A DNA stretch of 64,000 nt, taken from Coraliomargarita sp. (lineage in GTDB: Bacteria; Verrucomicrobiota; Verrucomicrobiia; Opitutales; Coraliomargaritaceae). The stretch is taken from positions 1,344,001-1,408,000 of the forward strand of contig OZ244160.1 of NCBI GenBank assembly GCA_965216325.1. The letters run 5' to 3'. Each line of letters starts with the position of its first letter. Positions within the stretch are counted from its first letter, which is position 1. The position numbers were made by a program, and so were the translations under genes. Of the stretch, positions 25,673 to 36,867 are shown piece after piece. The notes below the pieces were generated by a model that was not told the DNA's origin, made no database searches, and saw only the letters and a program-made list of their open reading frames with translations.

Positions 25673-26833
25673 TTAAGCAATAAAGTCAGGAGTTCCGGAG
25701 ATCGGAATCGCCTGAATCGTCTCAGTTATTGGATAGGAAGCCCCAGTTCTACAAAATAAAGCCGTCGGCGTGTCTTCTGGTAACTCTGACCTCACCCGTT
25801 CCAACTTCCCGGCATTTTGGGGGTGCTCAGCCCATTTGGCATCACCGATCCTAAATCGTCCCGCATTATGGAGGAGAAAGTCCGCCTCCTTACTACGATC
25901 CCTCCAATAATAGAGCTGCCAACTCGGATTAACTCCGAGCAACCTCCGAAGCTCACAGAAAACTGCCGTCTCCCAAAGAGCACCCGCTAAAGGAGATCCA
26001 TAAAGATCTTCCAACGTCGTCATACCCATCAAAAACGCACAGAGTCCAGTATCGAGAAAGTGTAACTTGGGCGCCTTAACCAGAGACTTTGTAGTATTTG
26101 AAAACCACGGCTCCAGCAACACGACGATGCCTGAGCGTTCGAGCACCGAAAGCCATTCACCCGCAGTCGAGGGGCTAATACCTACATCACGCGCAATTTC
26201 CGCCTTGTTTAAGACCTGAGAGGTGCGCAGTGCACACGCCCGTAAAAATCGCTCAAAGTCGCGCAAGCTCCCCACCTGCAGTTGAGACCGGAGGTCGCGC
26301 TCCAGATAAGTTGCAACATAGGACTGATAAAAGGCTGTAGCATCCAAGTTCGGCTTTTCATAGAGTTCAGGATAACTCCCCCGCAGAACACACTGATCTA
26401 CGGAAAATTCTGACTCTGCACCCTGAAGTTCCAAATAAGACAAGCCTTCCAATTGCATGATTGCCGCTCGCCCAGCCAGCGATTCAGCAACACCCGCCAT
26501 CAATTCAAACGGCTGCGATCCCGTCAGGATGAACTGCCCGTTTTGTTCTCGGTTCTGATCAACGACGGCTTTCAAATGCCTGAGCAGGCCGGGGGCATAT
26601 TGGATTTCATCCACAATCAGGGGCCGCGGATGCCGCTTCAAGAAAGTTGCCGGAGCCGACTCCGCTTGCGCCGCTTCACTCGGCAGATCCAGACTGACGT
26701 AGTGATAGTCTGGAAATAAATGCCTCACCAAAGTCGTTTTCCCCGTCTGCCGCGCCCCAGAAATAACGACAACTGGGCGGGCTGCGGCGTTTTCCCTGAG
26801 TTTTTCTTCTTGCAATCTAAATATCAGCATCAT
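25673..26833 (-). CDS. AAA_14 plus DUF4143 ATP-binding protein
   Basis: Walker A GARQTGKTT, IVDEIQ, LTGSQ, ESLAGR, KAPKLHFLDTGL, YYWRD..KEADF. Confidence 0.92.
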   Translation of the reverse strand: MMLIFRLQEEKLRENAAARPVVVISGARQTGKTTLVRHLFPDYHYVSLDLPSEAAQAESAPATFLKRHPRPLIVDEIQYAPGLLRHLKAVVDQNREQNGQFILTGSQPFELMAGVAESLAGRAAIMQLEGLSYLELQGAESEFSVDQCVLRGSYPELYEKPNLDATAFYQSYVATYLERDLRSQLQVGSLRDFERFLRACALRTSQVLNKAEIARDVGISPSTAGEWLSVLERSGIVVLLEPWFSNTTKSLVKAPKLHFLDTGLCAFLMGMTTLEDLYGSPLAGALWETAVFCELRRLLGVNPSWQLYYWRDRSKEADFLLHNAGRFRIGDAKWAEHPQNAGKLERVRSELPEDTPTALFCRTGASYPITETIQAIPISGTPDFIA

Positions 26834-26893
26834 GCAAATCATTCGTCGCTATCGAATAATTTGCAAACCTTAAAGTCAGGAGCTGCAAGAACC

Positions 26894-28807
26894 ATCGAGT
26901 AGCCGGGAGCGGTTGCCCGCTCCAAGCTCTCACACCACCGGACGTACGGTTCACGTATCACGGCGGTTCCGAAGAAGGATTTCGGCTCTCATCAATTCGA
27001 GCAAATCATAGACAGATAGGAGCTTCATTTACGTGAAGGCTTTGCGTGGGAGGGCTTGGTTCATGTGAGAGGCTCCGCTGTTAAACCACGCCCCGCGTCC
27101 GTTGTAGCTGCTTTTGCGTGCACATTCGGGGCTGAGCCCAAGCTGCACCAGCTTCCTGTAGCGGGTGTGGGGACGTTTCCACTGTCGCCAGAGGATGCAC
27201 CGCAAGCGATGTCGCAACCATTCGTCCAGTTCCCCGGCGAAGGTTTTCGTCTGACTCAGGCGGAAGTAGTTCGTCCAGCCGCGTAGCACTGGATTGAGCG
27301 TCTCAGCGATGAAGCGGCGCAGGTTGCGCCCGCGCCCTTTGCGGCAGAGTTTCCGCAGCTTGGACTTCATCTTTTGAGTCGTCTGTTTGGGCACGCGAAT
27401 GCGGCTATGCTTGCCCCCAGTGAAGCTGTAGCCGAGGAAGATCCGGCGGCTCGGACGATCCACCGCGCTTTTGAGGTGGTTGACCTTCAGCTTCAGTTTG
27501 GTCTCCAAATAGTTCGTGATCGAAGCGAGCACACGCTCGCCGCTGCGCTGCGTGGCGACGTAAATGTTACAGTCGTCCGCGTAGCGGCAGAAGCTATGGC
27601 CGCGCTTCTCCAGTTCCTTATCCAGATCGTCCAACATGATGTTGGACAGCAGTGGAGAGAGCGGCCCACCCTGAGGCGTGCCTTTCTCCGTGGGTTGAAC
27701 CAGCCCGCCGATCATCACTCCAGCTTTAAGCCAGGAGCGGATCAGTTTGAGCATGGCTTTGTCTTTCACATGACGGCGCACCCGCGCCATCAGCAGGTCG
27801 TGGTTCACTTCGTCGAAGAAGGCCTTCAAGTCCATGTCCACGACCCAGTTCTTGCCTTCGTGCTGATACTTTTGCGCCTGTTCGACCGCTTGTCCTGCGC
27901 TGCGTCCGGGGCGGAACCCGTAGCTGTGTTCGCTGAACAGGGGGTCGAAGATCGGGCTGAGTATCTGCAAGGCCGCTTGTTGCAGCACACGGTCAACGAT
28001 CGTGGGAACGCCCAGCTTGCGGGTGCCCCCGCCCGGCTTTTTGATCTCCAGACGCAGCACTGCCGGGGGACGATACCTCCCGGTCAGCAACTGCGATTCG
28101 ATCTGCTCCCAGTGCGCATTTAGATACGCCAGGCTGGCTTCCATGTCGCGCTCGTCGATGCCCGCTCTGCCGCCGTTGCGGCGCACTTTCTTCCACGCGG
28201 CTTTGATATTGCCGCGCTCGGTCACCTGTCGAATCAGGTCGTATTGGTGAGCAACTCGGTTCTCCAAGGCCGATGGCGCGCTTGATGCGCCCGCATGGAC
28301 TCGCCCCAGATGCCGTCCGGTTCCTTCCACGCGGGTCTGACGGGTGGTGCCGCCAGCTTCTGCTTCCCTGCTCTCGCTCATGGTCTCAGTCCTTGTTGTC
28401 GTTCTTCGGTTCGATCCTTCGCCCGCGACCTGTGCAGGCTACTATGATCTCGGCTGACTTCTCTAAACACATCCCAGTGCCTCGCGACACTGGTAGCCAG
28501 TAGCATGTTCAGAGACCTCCCCGGGTAATGCGCACTTACCGTCACACTTATGCCTGCCGCATATACGCCTGCGCTTTCCGGGCAAGTTTCGGACTTTGAA
28601 GTTCTGTGCCTCCTCATCCAACGCAAACGCCTCTTATGCGATTCCTGTTCGTCAGGCCAGTGCTTTGCCATAGGCTTCCTTCCCACGAACACCTCGCGAT
28701 GCCGCAGTTGCCCTTCGGCTAACTCTTCCCCTTGCCGGGCGAGTAACAGACTTTCATCAATTTCCATTAATAATCACTGTCGAGTAAGTGCGCCCTGCCG
28801 GGCGCAC
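26894..28807 (-). mobile_element. Group II intron, class IIC, full-length RNA (~1914 nt)
   Basis: 5' end GTGCGCCCGGCAGGGCGC at 28807, directly after a terminator; short domain V GAACCGCCGTGATACGTGAACCGTACGTCCGGTGG (CGC triad); domain VI ending CTACTCGAT at 26894. Confidence 0.93.
27029..28381 (-). CDS. ltrA: Group II intron reverse transcriptase/maturase (no endonuclease domain; C-terminus probably truncated)
   Basis: RKLGVPTIVDR, SYGFRPGRS, VDMDLKAFFD, GTPQGGPLSPLLSN, RYADD, FLGYSF, domain X LNPVLRGWTNYF. Confidence 0.96.
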   Translation of the reverse strand: MSESREAEAGGTTRQTRVEGTGRHLGRVHAGASSAPSALENRVAHQYDLIRQVTERGNIKAAWKKVRRNGGRAGIDERDMEASLAYLNAHWEQIESQLLTGRYRPPAVLRLEIKKPGGGTRKLGVPTIVDRVLQQAALQILSPIFDPLFSEHSYGFRPGRSAGQAVEQAQKYQHEGKNWVVDMDLKAFFDEVNHDLLMARVRRHVKDKAMLKLIRSWLKAGVMIGGLVQPTEKGTPQGGPLSPLLSNIMLDDLDKELEKRGHSFCRYADDCNIYVATQRSGERVLASITNYLETKLKLKVNHLKSAVDRPSRRIFLGYSFTGGKHSRIRVPKQTTQKMKSKLRKLCRKGRGRNLRRFIAETLNPVLRGWTNYFRLSQTKTFAGELDEWLRHRLRCILWRQWKRPHTRYRKLVQLGLSPECARKSSYNGRGAWFNSGASHMNQALPRKAFT

Positions 28808-28809
28808 AC

Positions 28810-28842
28810 AAAAAAGCCGCAACACTCAAAGTTGCGGCTTTT
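28810..28842 (-). terminator. Rho-independent terminator of cysCDN; intron target hairpin
   Basis: AAAAGCCGCAAC-TTTGAGT-GTTGCGGCTTTTTT on the minus strand. Confidence 0.9.
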
Positions 28843-28862
28843 GTAATGCGTGAAGCTAAATA

Positions 28863-30146
<1,284 letters not shown>

Positions 30147-30195
30147 GTTTCTAAAGTGTTAAATGTTCTATGCTATTGGCTGATCTGATGACGGC

Positions 30196-31110
30196 TTAGA
30201 AGTAACCTTGCTTCTTGCGGTCTTCCATCGCGGTTTCGGAACGCTTGTCGTCGGCACGTGTGCCGCGCTCGGTCTGACGGGCCGCTGCAACTTCACCAAT
30301 GATGTCGTCGAGATTGCTTGCTGTTGAAAGCGCTGCACCCGTGCAGGTCGCATCACCGATCGTGCGGAAGCGCACGGTCATGGTTTCGACCGTTTTCTTC
30401 TCTTCTTCGGTCAGCTCGATGAAATCACAGACACCCATGATAACGCCATTGCGGACAAAGCACTCACGCTCGTGAGAGAAGTAAAGGCTTGGAAGCTCGA
30501 TATTCTCCAGCTTGATGTATTGCCAGATGTCCATCTCGGTCCAATTGGAAAGCGGGAACACGCGGAAGTGCTCTCCATGGTGCTTGCGACCATTGAAAAT
30601 ATTCCAAAGCTCAGGGCGCTGATTCTTCGGGTCCCACTGACCAAACGCATCACGGTGCGAGAAGAAACGTTCCTTGGCACGTGCCTTTTCTTCGTCACGA
30701 CGACCACCGCCAAGCGCAGCATCGTATTGACCTTCTTCAAGGCCTTCGAGCAGTGCGACCGTTTGCAGACCATTGCGACTCGCGTATGGGCCAGTCTCTT
30801 CAACCACCTTACCTTCGTCGATTGCCTTTTGAACAGACGCAACCACGAGCTCTGCACCGAGATCTTCGATGAAGCGGTCACGGTATTCCATCGTCTCAGG
30901 GAAGTTGTGACCGGTGTCGACGTGCATCATTGGGAACGGCAGCTTGGATGGCCAGAAGGCCTTCTTCGCCAAGTGCGCCATGACGATGGAGTCCTTGCCA
31001 CCCGAAAAGAGCAGGACAGGTTTTTCAAACTGAGCTGCGGTCTCGCGAAGGATATAAATCGCTTCGGACTCGAGCTGCTTGAGGTGAGTGATGCTGTAGT
31101 CGTTGTGCAT
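30196..31110 (-). CDS. cysD: Sulfate adenylyltransferase subunit 2
   Basis: LFSGGKDS, HVDTGHNF, GGRRDEEKARAKER, WDPKNQRPELW, MEDRKKQGYF. Confidence 0.98.
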   Translation of the reverse strand: MHNDYSITHLKQLESEAIYILRETAAQFEKPVLLFSGGKDSIVMAHLAKKAFWPSKLPFPMMHVDTGHNFPETMEYRDRFIEDLGAELVVASVQKAIDEGKVVEETGPYASRNGLQTVALLEGLEEGQYDAALGGGRRDEEKARAKERFFSHRDAFGQWDPKNQRPELWNIFNGRKHHGEHFRVFPLSNWTEMDIWQYIKLENIELPSLYFSHERECFVRNGVIMGVCDFIELTEEEKKTVETMTVRFRTIGDATCTGAALSTASNLDDIIGEVAAARQTERGTRADDKRSETAMEDRKKQGYF

Positions 31111-31146
31111 GATACTGCTGTGCGTAATAAGAGAAATTTTTGTTTA

Positions 31147-31761
31147 CTATGCTTGTCGTTGAATAATCGGTAACACTTTTTCGAGGAGTGCATTGAGCGA
31201 CTCCTCTTCAGTCTGCTCATCGGTTGAAATAACCCAGTCGGAATCGGTAGCTTCCGGCTCTTCAAAGGAGGAATCCTTGCCCGTAAAATGCTGCACCCCT
31301 CCTGCTGCTGCCTTTGCGTAGAGCCCCTTAACATCGCGCTCAGCACAAGTCTCGAATGAGGCTTTGACATAGACTGGGGTGAAATCCTCTGCGCCAACCA
31401 CACCCGCTGCGTTCGCACGCAATTCGCGCTTCGGCGTAATAAAGGAGGTAAAGACCACAACGCCACTATCCAAAAAGAGACGGGCAACCTCGGAAATACG
31501 GCGGATATTTTCTATGCGGTCCTCATCCGAAAAGCCGAGATCACGATTGAGACCACTGCGAATGTTGTCGCCATCGAGAATCTTGGTCACAAATCCCTGT
31601 TCCGCGAGTTTACGCTCCAAAGCATTGGCCAACGTGCTCTTTCCCGAGCCAGAGAGCCCATAAAACCAGAAAACATGCCCACACTGCTTCAGCTGCGCCT
31701 CCTTGGCGTCGCGCCCAAGCATGCGATGAAATTCGGTATGGATATTTTCTGGAGTGCTCAT
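31147..31761 (-). CDS. cysC: Adenylyl-sulfate kinase
   Basis: WFYGLSGSGKST, LDGDNIRSGL, ENIRR, RDVKGLYAKA, FTGKDSSFEEP. Confidence 0.97.
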   Translation of the reverse strand: MSTPENIHTEFHRMLGRDAKEAQLKQCGHVFWFYGLSGSGKSTLANALERKLAEQGFVTKILDGDNIRSGLNRDLGFSDEDRIENIRRISEVARLFLDSGVVVFTSFITPKRELRANAAGVVGAEDFTPVYVKASFETCAERDVKGLYAKAAAGGVQHFTGKDSSFEEPEATDSDWVISTDEQTEEESLNALLEKVLPIIQRQA

Positions 31762-31889
31762 GGAAAAACGAAGACGCATCAGCAAAGCGCCAAATACGTG
31801 AAAGTAAATGCGTTTTGTTTATCTTTGGTTTTTAAGTCAAGAACCTAATTTACAACCCCCACTACCTCAAGTCGCCCACCGAAATAAAA

Positions 31890-33530
31890 CTACCCCTTGT
31901 TCGGCTTCACGGGCGGCTGCTTCAATTGCCGGGCCTGCATGCCCCAAGAAGACGCTAGCGTGCGCTTACCAAGCTGCTGGGCAATTTTAGATCCGTCCTC
32001 GAGCAGCACAATACGGAGACTCTTCCCCAGATCTTTTTCCGAAACCAACTTCTCATATACCTCCAAGGCCATCTCGCTCTCGCCATATGTATGCAAAAAG
32101 TCAGCAATTTGCTTCACCAAGACCCGCTCATCGACCGGAAACACGCTCATATAGCGGATGATCTTGAGCGCCTCCACCCCCTTTCGCGGCTGCCCGAGCT
32201 CCTGATGCAAGCCTGCGAGCTTATAAGCCAGAGCCAAAGACGGATATTTAATATACATCGCGCGTGCATAGCTCAACGCCTCCCCCACAGAAACCTCAGC
32301 CTTCCGGCGATTCACCTCACGAATAATCACATAACTCGCCCAAGGCCCCTCCTCCAACTCTGTAAGCTGCTGCTTCAAACTCACTTTAAACGGCCGATAC
32401 AAAGGATCGCCAATGGCAACCCCCATCCAGCTGCTCACTGGATAACTATACGCAGAAGCCTCGCCAAAAGTTCGTCCCGCCAGAAGATGCTTCAGCATTA
32501 AGTGCGGGTGGTGAGTAAACTCCATATACGGCTCATAGACATTGCCCACAGTTGCACAGTAGCCCTGCTGCACAAAGGGCCCAAGCCAGCGTTTCGTAGA
32601 GGAGCGAACCGTGGTGGCGGAATAGCTATGAAGGTGGAAGGCAATTGCCCCAGGCGGAACCGACCAACGCGGCTCTTTCCATGGGCCATATGCATCCGCC
32701 CGATACCACCCCATATAAATAGCAGGCGCATCTAAACGGTGACTAAAGTTCATCTGCGCGCGAGTGCCCTCAAAGTCGGTATCGAAGTGCGCAGCTTCTG
32801 CGTAATCCCCAGCGGCATTGATCCACTCATTGCCCTTCGGGTTCGGACCAGCGCCGGTGTCGATATAGGCTCGGCCGCGCAAGCCACGCTTCTCCGCCTC
32901 GATCGTGCGATCGATCAAGGAGAGCACTCGATCCACAGACGGACCATCCAAGCGACAAACCCGGACAAAGGCAGTCGTGACTTGCTGGGTGGGATAGTCC
33001 TTCTCAAAAAACGGATTCTTCAGCAACGAGGTCAGCGGCAGCTGCGCGGGAACTGCCATCACCATTAAGTCGCTATCGACCGAGCCTTGATTCATGCGCA
33101 GTTCTTTTTGTAGATTCGCCGTTTCGGGCTCGTAGAGTTGGGGATCATTCGCAAACCGCAAAGGAACCCCACGAGTAGTGACTAAGTAACTCATCGAGTG
33201 CGCCCCAATCGACATGCGTTTCCTCCCCACAGTATCGGCAGCGCCACTCCGCGCCCCCTTGACCCAGCCCTTGTCGATTAATTGCCCCAGCAATGGATTA
33301 TAAATACTATCCACGTATTCACGAATCGTGATCGTCTCCTTGGTCGGCATTGGTAGCGCTATAATATTCTCAACCGGAATTTGCCTCTGCTTCGCATAGT
33401 ATTCCGCGATCTCGACGGACCCCGAGTCATTCGAATTCGCGACAATCACCACTCGTTCAGCCTCATTGGCAATCAGAACAGCCGGCAACAAGCCTAAGAA
33501 CAATAAGAGTCGCGAGTAGTAAAATTTCAT
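31890..33530 (-). CDS. TIGR03790-family exported protein with C-terminal TPR-like helices
   Basis: [56 protein letters not shown]. Confidence 0.85.
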   Translation of the reverse strand: MKFYYSRLLLFLGLLPAVLIANEAERVVIVANSNDSGSVEIAEYYAKQRQIPVENIIALPMPTKETITIREYVDSIYNPLLGQLIDKGWVKGARSGAADTVGRKRMSIGAHSMSYLVTTRGVPLRFANDPQLYEPETANLQKELRMNQGSVDSDLMVMAVPAQLPLTSLLKNPFFEKDYPTQQVTTAFVRVCRLDGPSVDRVLSLIDRTIEAEKRGLRGRAYIDTGAGPNPKGNEWINAAGDYAEAAHFDTDFEGTRAQMNFSHRLDAPAIYMGWYRADAYGPWKEPRWSVPPGAIAFHLHSYSATTVRSSTKRWLGPFVQQGYCATVGNVYEPYMEFTHHPHLMLKHLLAGRTFGEASAYSYPVSSWMGVAIGDPLYRPFKVSLKQQLTELEEGPWASYVIIREVNRRKAEVSVGEALSYARAMYIKYPSLALAYKLAGLHQELGQPRKGVEALKIIRYMSVFPVDERVLVKQIADFLHTYGESEMALEVYEKLVSEKDLGKSLRIVLLEDGSKIAQQLGKRTLASSWGMQARQLKQPPVKPNKG

Positions 33531-33542
33531 ACCTAGCTTGGG

Positions 33543-34571
33543 TTAGCGAATGCGGGAGAGACGATTTCGATAGCCAACGATACCCTCAAACAATGCTTGT
33601 GCAATCGTTTGTCGATGCGCAGCACTACGAAGTTTACGAGCTGTCGGCTCATGCGAAACAAAGCCAAGCTCAACCAAGACCCCGGGGCACTCGAGATGCT
33701 TGAGCACCAGAAAACGTGCCCGCTTCACACCACGATCAGGCCCGCCAAGCCGATGAACCAAAGCACGCTGTACATGGTAGGCAGCTAGCGTATTCCAAGG
33801 GTCCTGACCATTCCCCTCATAGCGAGTGCTATCACGATTGGTCGGGCGTGGATACTTCGATGATGCTTGATACTGAGGAGTCAGCGCAAACGTCTCATAC
33901 CCCTCCGCCGACGTTGAGACCGCAGCATTAAAATGCAGACTCAAAAAAAGATCTCCATTTGCCCGATTAGCCATCGCCGGACGTCGATCCAAAGGAATAT
34001 ACACATCGCTCTTACGGGTCATAATCACCTCATACCCGACCTCTTCCAACATACGCTTCAATCGATTCGCCACATCCAGAGCGAGCTGCTTCTCCTGCAG
34101 ACCGTAGACCTTATCCACCGCGCCACTGTCCTTCCCCCCATGCCCCGCATCAATCACGATGCGACGCAGTCCTGGCCTCGGACGAAAGGCCTGCGGCGTC
34201 AGGATCGACTTCAGCACATGCTGCAAATCCGCTTGAGCGACATACAAGCGACCTTGCGATTCCTTCGCCGGAAAGCCCAGATACACCGGCATTTGATTCA
34301 ACTCCAAAACCTTGTTGTTCTTCCCAAAATCAATTGTCGTCCATCGACTCTTCAGCCTAAAGGTCTTATACCCTTTCAACCAATAAGCCTTCATTCCGAA
34401 GTGCTGAGCAACCGTCGTCAAATCAACGTAACTACGCCCCTCAACCTGAATCTGGCGCGCAAAAAGAGGCGCACCCGCCGGAACGAGTGCGCCAATCAAT
34501 AAAAACAATGCGAGCTTCAGCGCTGCGCCAGCGAGTCGGCCAATCATACACTGCCCGGCATCACTCAGCAT
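33543..34571 (-). CDS. N-acetylmuramoyl-L-alanine amidase (Amidase_3, AmiA/C-like)
   Basis: IVIDAGHGGKDSG, EKQLAL, FLSLHFN, RGVKRARFLVL, LVELGF; start uncertain (34571 or 34547). Confidence 0.93.
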   Translation of the reverse strand: MLSDAGQCMIGRLAGAALKLALFLLIGALVPAGAPLFARQIQVEGRSYVDLTTVAQHFGMKAYWLKGYKTFRLKSRWTTIDFGKNNKVLELNQMPVYLGFPAKESQGRLYVAQADLQHVLKSILTPQAFRPRPGLRRIVIDAGHGGKDSGAVDKVYGLQEKQLALDVANRLKRMLEEVGYEVIMTRKSDVYIPLDRRPAMANRANGDLFLSLHFNAAVSTSAEGYETFALTPQYQASSKYPRPTNRDSTRYEGNGQDPWNTLAAYHVQRALVHRLGGPDRGVKRARFLVLKHLECPGVLVELGFVSHEPTARKLRSAAHRQTIAQALFEGIVGYRNRLSRIR

Positions 34572-34580
34572 GCCGCAAAC

Positions 34581-35216
34581 TTAAGACTCTTCGTGCTCGT
34601 CGGAGTCGTCGCTGTCATCAAAATCGTCATCCGGACGATTATACTTCAGCTGACGCTTGCCCTCCGGCAATGGCGACACAATCAAAACAACCTGACGGCC
34701 CATATGACGCGCCTCACCATCCGGCGAGGAAACACCTGAAAGTTCATCACGCGCTTGGTTAATGCGCTCAACTCCGAGCTCAGGATGCTCATTCTCACGA
34801 CCACGCAATTGCAGCGATAGCTTCACTTTATTACCGTTATACAAGAAGCCTTCAGCACGACGAAGTTTCGTTTCGAAATCGTGCACATCAATCGAAATGC
34901 GGAACTTCACCTCCTTGAGCTTAGTCGTCGTCTGCTTATTGTCCTTCTGCTTCTTGCTTTCCTCATAGAGGAACTTGCCAAAATCGAGGATACGACAAAC
35001 AGGAGGACGAGCGCCTGGTGAAATTTCGATCAAGTCGAGACCAACCTTCTTGGCCAGCTCAAGGGCTTTTTTAGGGGGCATCACCCCAAGGTTTGTTCCT
35101 TCTGGGCCGATGACGCGCACCTCTGCGGCACGGATACGATCATTTCTTCTGAGCCCCTTGGGGCCACGATTGCGGTTCTGAAAATTGCGACCGCGTGAAT
35201 TCGGGTATTTTGGCAT
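34581..35216 (-). CDS. infC: Translation initiation factor IF-3
   Basis: [62 protein letters not shown]. Confidence 0.97.
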   Translation of the reverse strand: MPKYPNSRGRNFQNRNRGPKGLRRNDRIRAAEVRVIGPEGTNLGVMPPKKALELAKKVGLDLIEISPGARPPVCRILDFGKFLYEESKKQKDNKQTTTKLKEVKFRISIDVHDFETKLRRAEGFLYNGNKVKLSLQLRGRENEHPELGVERINQARDELSGVSSPDGEARHMGRQVVLIVSPLPEGKRQLKYNRPDDDFDDSDDSDEHEES

Positions 35217-35234
35217 TAGTGATTACTACTATAA

Positions 35235-35349
35235 GAGTCCTGCATGCTCGGAATGTAAACCAAAGCCTAGGCGGGAACAGCGTCGTGCCGCTCCTTATCC
35301 ATTCGCCTTCTGCTTCATCTCTGTGAGTTGGTTTACCATACAAGAACCC
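35235..35349 (-). ncRNA. Candidate structured RNA or leader upstream of infC (family unassigned)
   Basis: Nested helices GGGTTCTTGTATG/CATGCAGGACTC, GTAAACCAA/TTGGTTTAC, AGGCG/CGCCT, GGAGCGGC/GCTGTTCC; G-U pairs favour the minus strand. Confidence 0.55.
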
Positions 35350-35408
35350 ATAGAGTTAGGTGAATCCTCAGGCATTTCAACCCTTTTTCGGACCCCGACC
35401 ATAGCGGC

Positions 35409-35921
35409 CTACTGATCAAACATCTTAAATAATTCATCCAAATCAATTTCATCCGATTCGGCAGCGCCCGCACCCCTGGCTTCCCACCATGCACGAATTG
35501 ATCGACGATCCGACTCGATCAACCGATCCAACGGGAGCGAAAACTCACGCCCATCGCGCTCGCGACGAATGCGCACAGTGTCACCAGTAAGTTTCAGCAG
35601 CGTCACCTCAAGACGGTCACCATTGAGATTTGTAACAGTCATCCGATCATCCACCAGCGGTGTTAAGCTCGCTTCAGGCAACTGCACCACAGATTCGGCG
35701 ACGTCCTCAACAACGGCGACATCCGACAACTGAGGAACCTCATCGTCATCTAGCTCGCACTCCCCAACCTCCAGGGGCTCGTCTGAAATCACACCGCGAA
35801 ACAACGCAAACTGACGAAAGAATTCAGGGTTTGTGTGCGAAGTATACACACCAACGCTTAGGCCTAAGACAAAAACCAAAAACAAAGCCAACAGCAGGAT
35901 AACGGAGCGCAGAACTTGCAT
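35409..35921 (-). CDS. Membrane-anchored hypothetical protein with C-terminal SHD1-like domain
   Basis: N-terminal TM; VTNLNGDRLEVTLL...DGREFSLPLDRLIESDRRSI. Confidence 0.7.
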   Translation of the reverse strand: MQVLRSVILLLALFLVFVLGLSVGVYTSHTNPEFFRQFALFRGVISDEPLEVGECELDDDEVPQLSDVAVVEDVAESVVQLPEASLTPLVDDRMTVTNLNGDRLEVTLLKLTGDTVRIRRERDGREFSLPLDRLIESDRRSIRAWWEARGAGAAESDEIDLDELFKMFDQ

Positions 35922-35961
35922 AAAGGCAAAGTACTCGCAGCCCTACGGCGCAACTTCAAGA

Positions 35962-36867
35962 CTACAGTCGGCTTTTCACACCGATCACCTCTGCAAGTGC
36001 GAGCTCTAGACTCGGAGAATTCCAAACAAAACCTGCGTCGAGCAAACGTCGCGGCTTCACCTCTAAATCAGACAGAATTGTCTCATCTGCCATTTCTCCA
36101 TACACACCCCTCAACGCCAGCGCAGGTACCGGAAACCAAGTCGGGCGCCCCACTGCGCGACCGAGCTGCTTGGTAAACTCACGATTCGAAACAGGCTCAG
36201 GTGACACCGCATTGAGGACACCCCGAATCTCATCGCGCTCAATTGCGACTACGAAAACCTCCACGAGATCAGACAGAGCAATCCAACTCATGCGCTGCCG
36301 CCCGGAACCAACACGCCCGCCCATACCCGCCTTAAACACGGGCAGTAATTTCTCCAGGGCGCCCCCATCAGCACTCAAGACAACACCCGTTCGCAAAAAA
36401 ACCGTTCGCAAGCCGGCATCCGACAGCGGACTCGCAGCGCCCTCCCAACACTCCACGACCTCAGCCAAGAAACCATCTCCCTTGGGACTCGACTCATCCA
36501 CAACACCATCCACACAGGTCCCATAATAACTCGCGCCAGAAGCCGAAATAAAATCAACGTTGAGCCCCATTTCGAGAATGCGTCGCACCAGCAGACGAGC
36601 CCCCTCCACACGACTGTCGAGAATCCGCTGCTTCACCTCTGGAGTCCAACGCTGAGCAACACTCTCACCGGCAAGGTGAACAACTGAATCCACCCCCTCC
36701 AGCACAGCAGGGTCCAAGTCCCCGGCCTCAACATTCCAGCGATAATCTCCCGAACTCCGCGACAACTCACGTACCTCGTGCCCAACCAGCCGCAAGCGTC
36801 GACACAGCGCACGCCCCACTAATCCAGTCGCACCGGTAACCAATACTGTTTTCTTCAAGTCACTCAT
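35962..36867 (-). CDS. TIGR01777-family NAD-dependent epimerase/oxidoreductase (YfcH-like)
   Basis: VTGATGLVG, HLAGESVAQRWT, GFLAEVVECWE, GSGRQRMSWI, NAVSPEPVSN. Confidence 0.93.
   Translation of the reverse strand: MSDLKKTVLVTGATGLVGRALCRRLRLVGHEVRELSRSSGDYRWNVEAGDLDPAVLEGVDSVVHLAGESVAQRWTPEVKQRILDSRVEGARLLVRRILEMGLNVDFISASGASYYGTCVDGVVDESSPKGDGFLAEVVECWEGAASPLSDAGLRTVFLRTGVVLSADGGALEKLLPVFKAGMGGRVGSGRQRMSWIALSDLVEVFVVAIERDEIRGVLNAVSPEPVSNREFTKQLGRAVGRPTWFPVPALALRGVYGEMADETILSDLEVKPRRLLDAGFVWNSPSLELALAEVIGVKSRL

Noticed and set aside
27029..27031. Programmed stop-codon recoding of the RT TAA
   Set aside because: TAA is used as a normal stop throughout the window and is not a Sec or Pyl codon; a point mutation or sequencing error is simpler
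27029..28381. RT as retron, DGR, CRISPR-associated or defence RT
   Set aside because: It has domain X and sits within recognisable group IIC intron ends and domains V/VI; no TR/VR pair, msr-msd or cas gene was seen
28378..28767. 129-aa ORF upstream of the RT
   Set aside because: It lies wholly in the ribozyme domain I-IV region and has no protein-like motifs
35235..35349. Assignment of the infC-upstream RNA as SRP RNA or T-box
   Set aside because: It lacks the CAGG-GNRA-AGCAG domain IV helix and the UGGNACC T-box; left unassigned
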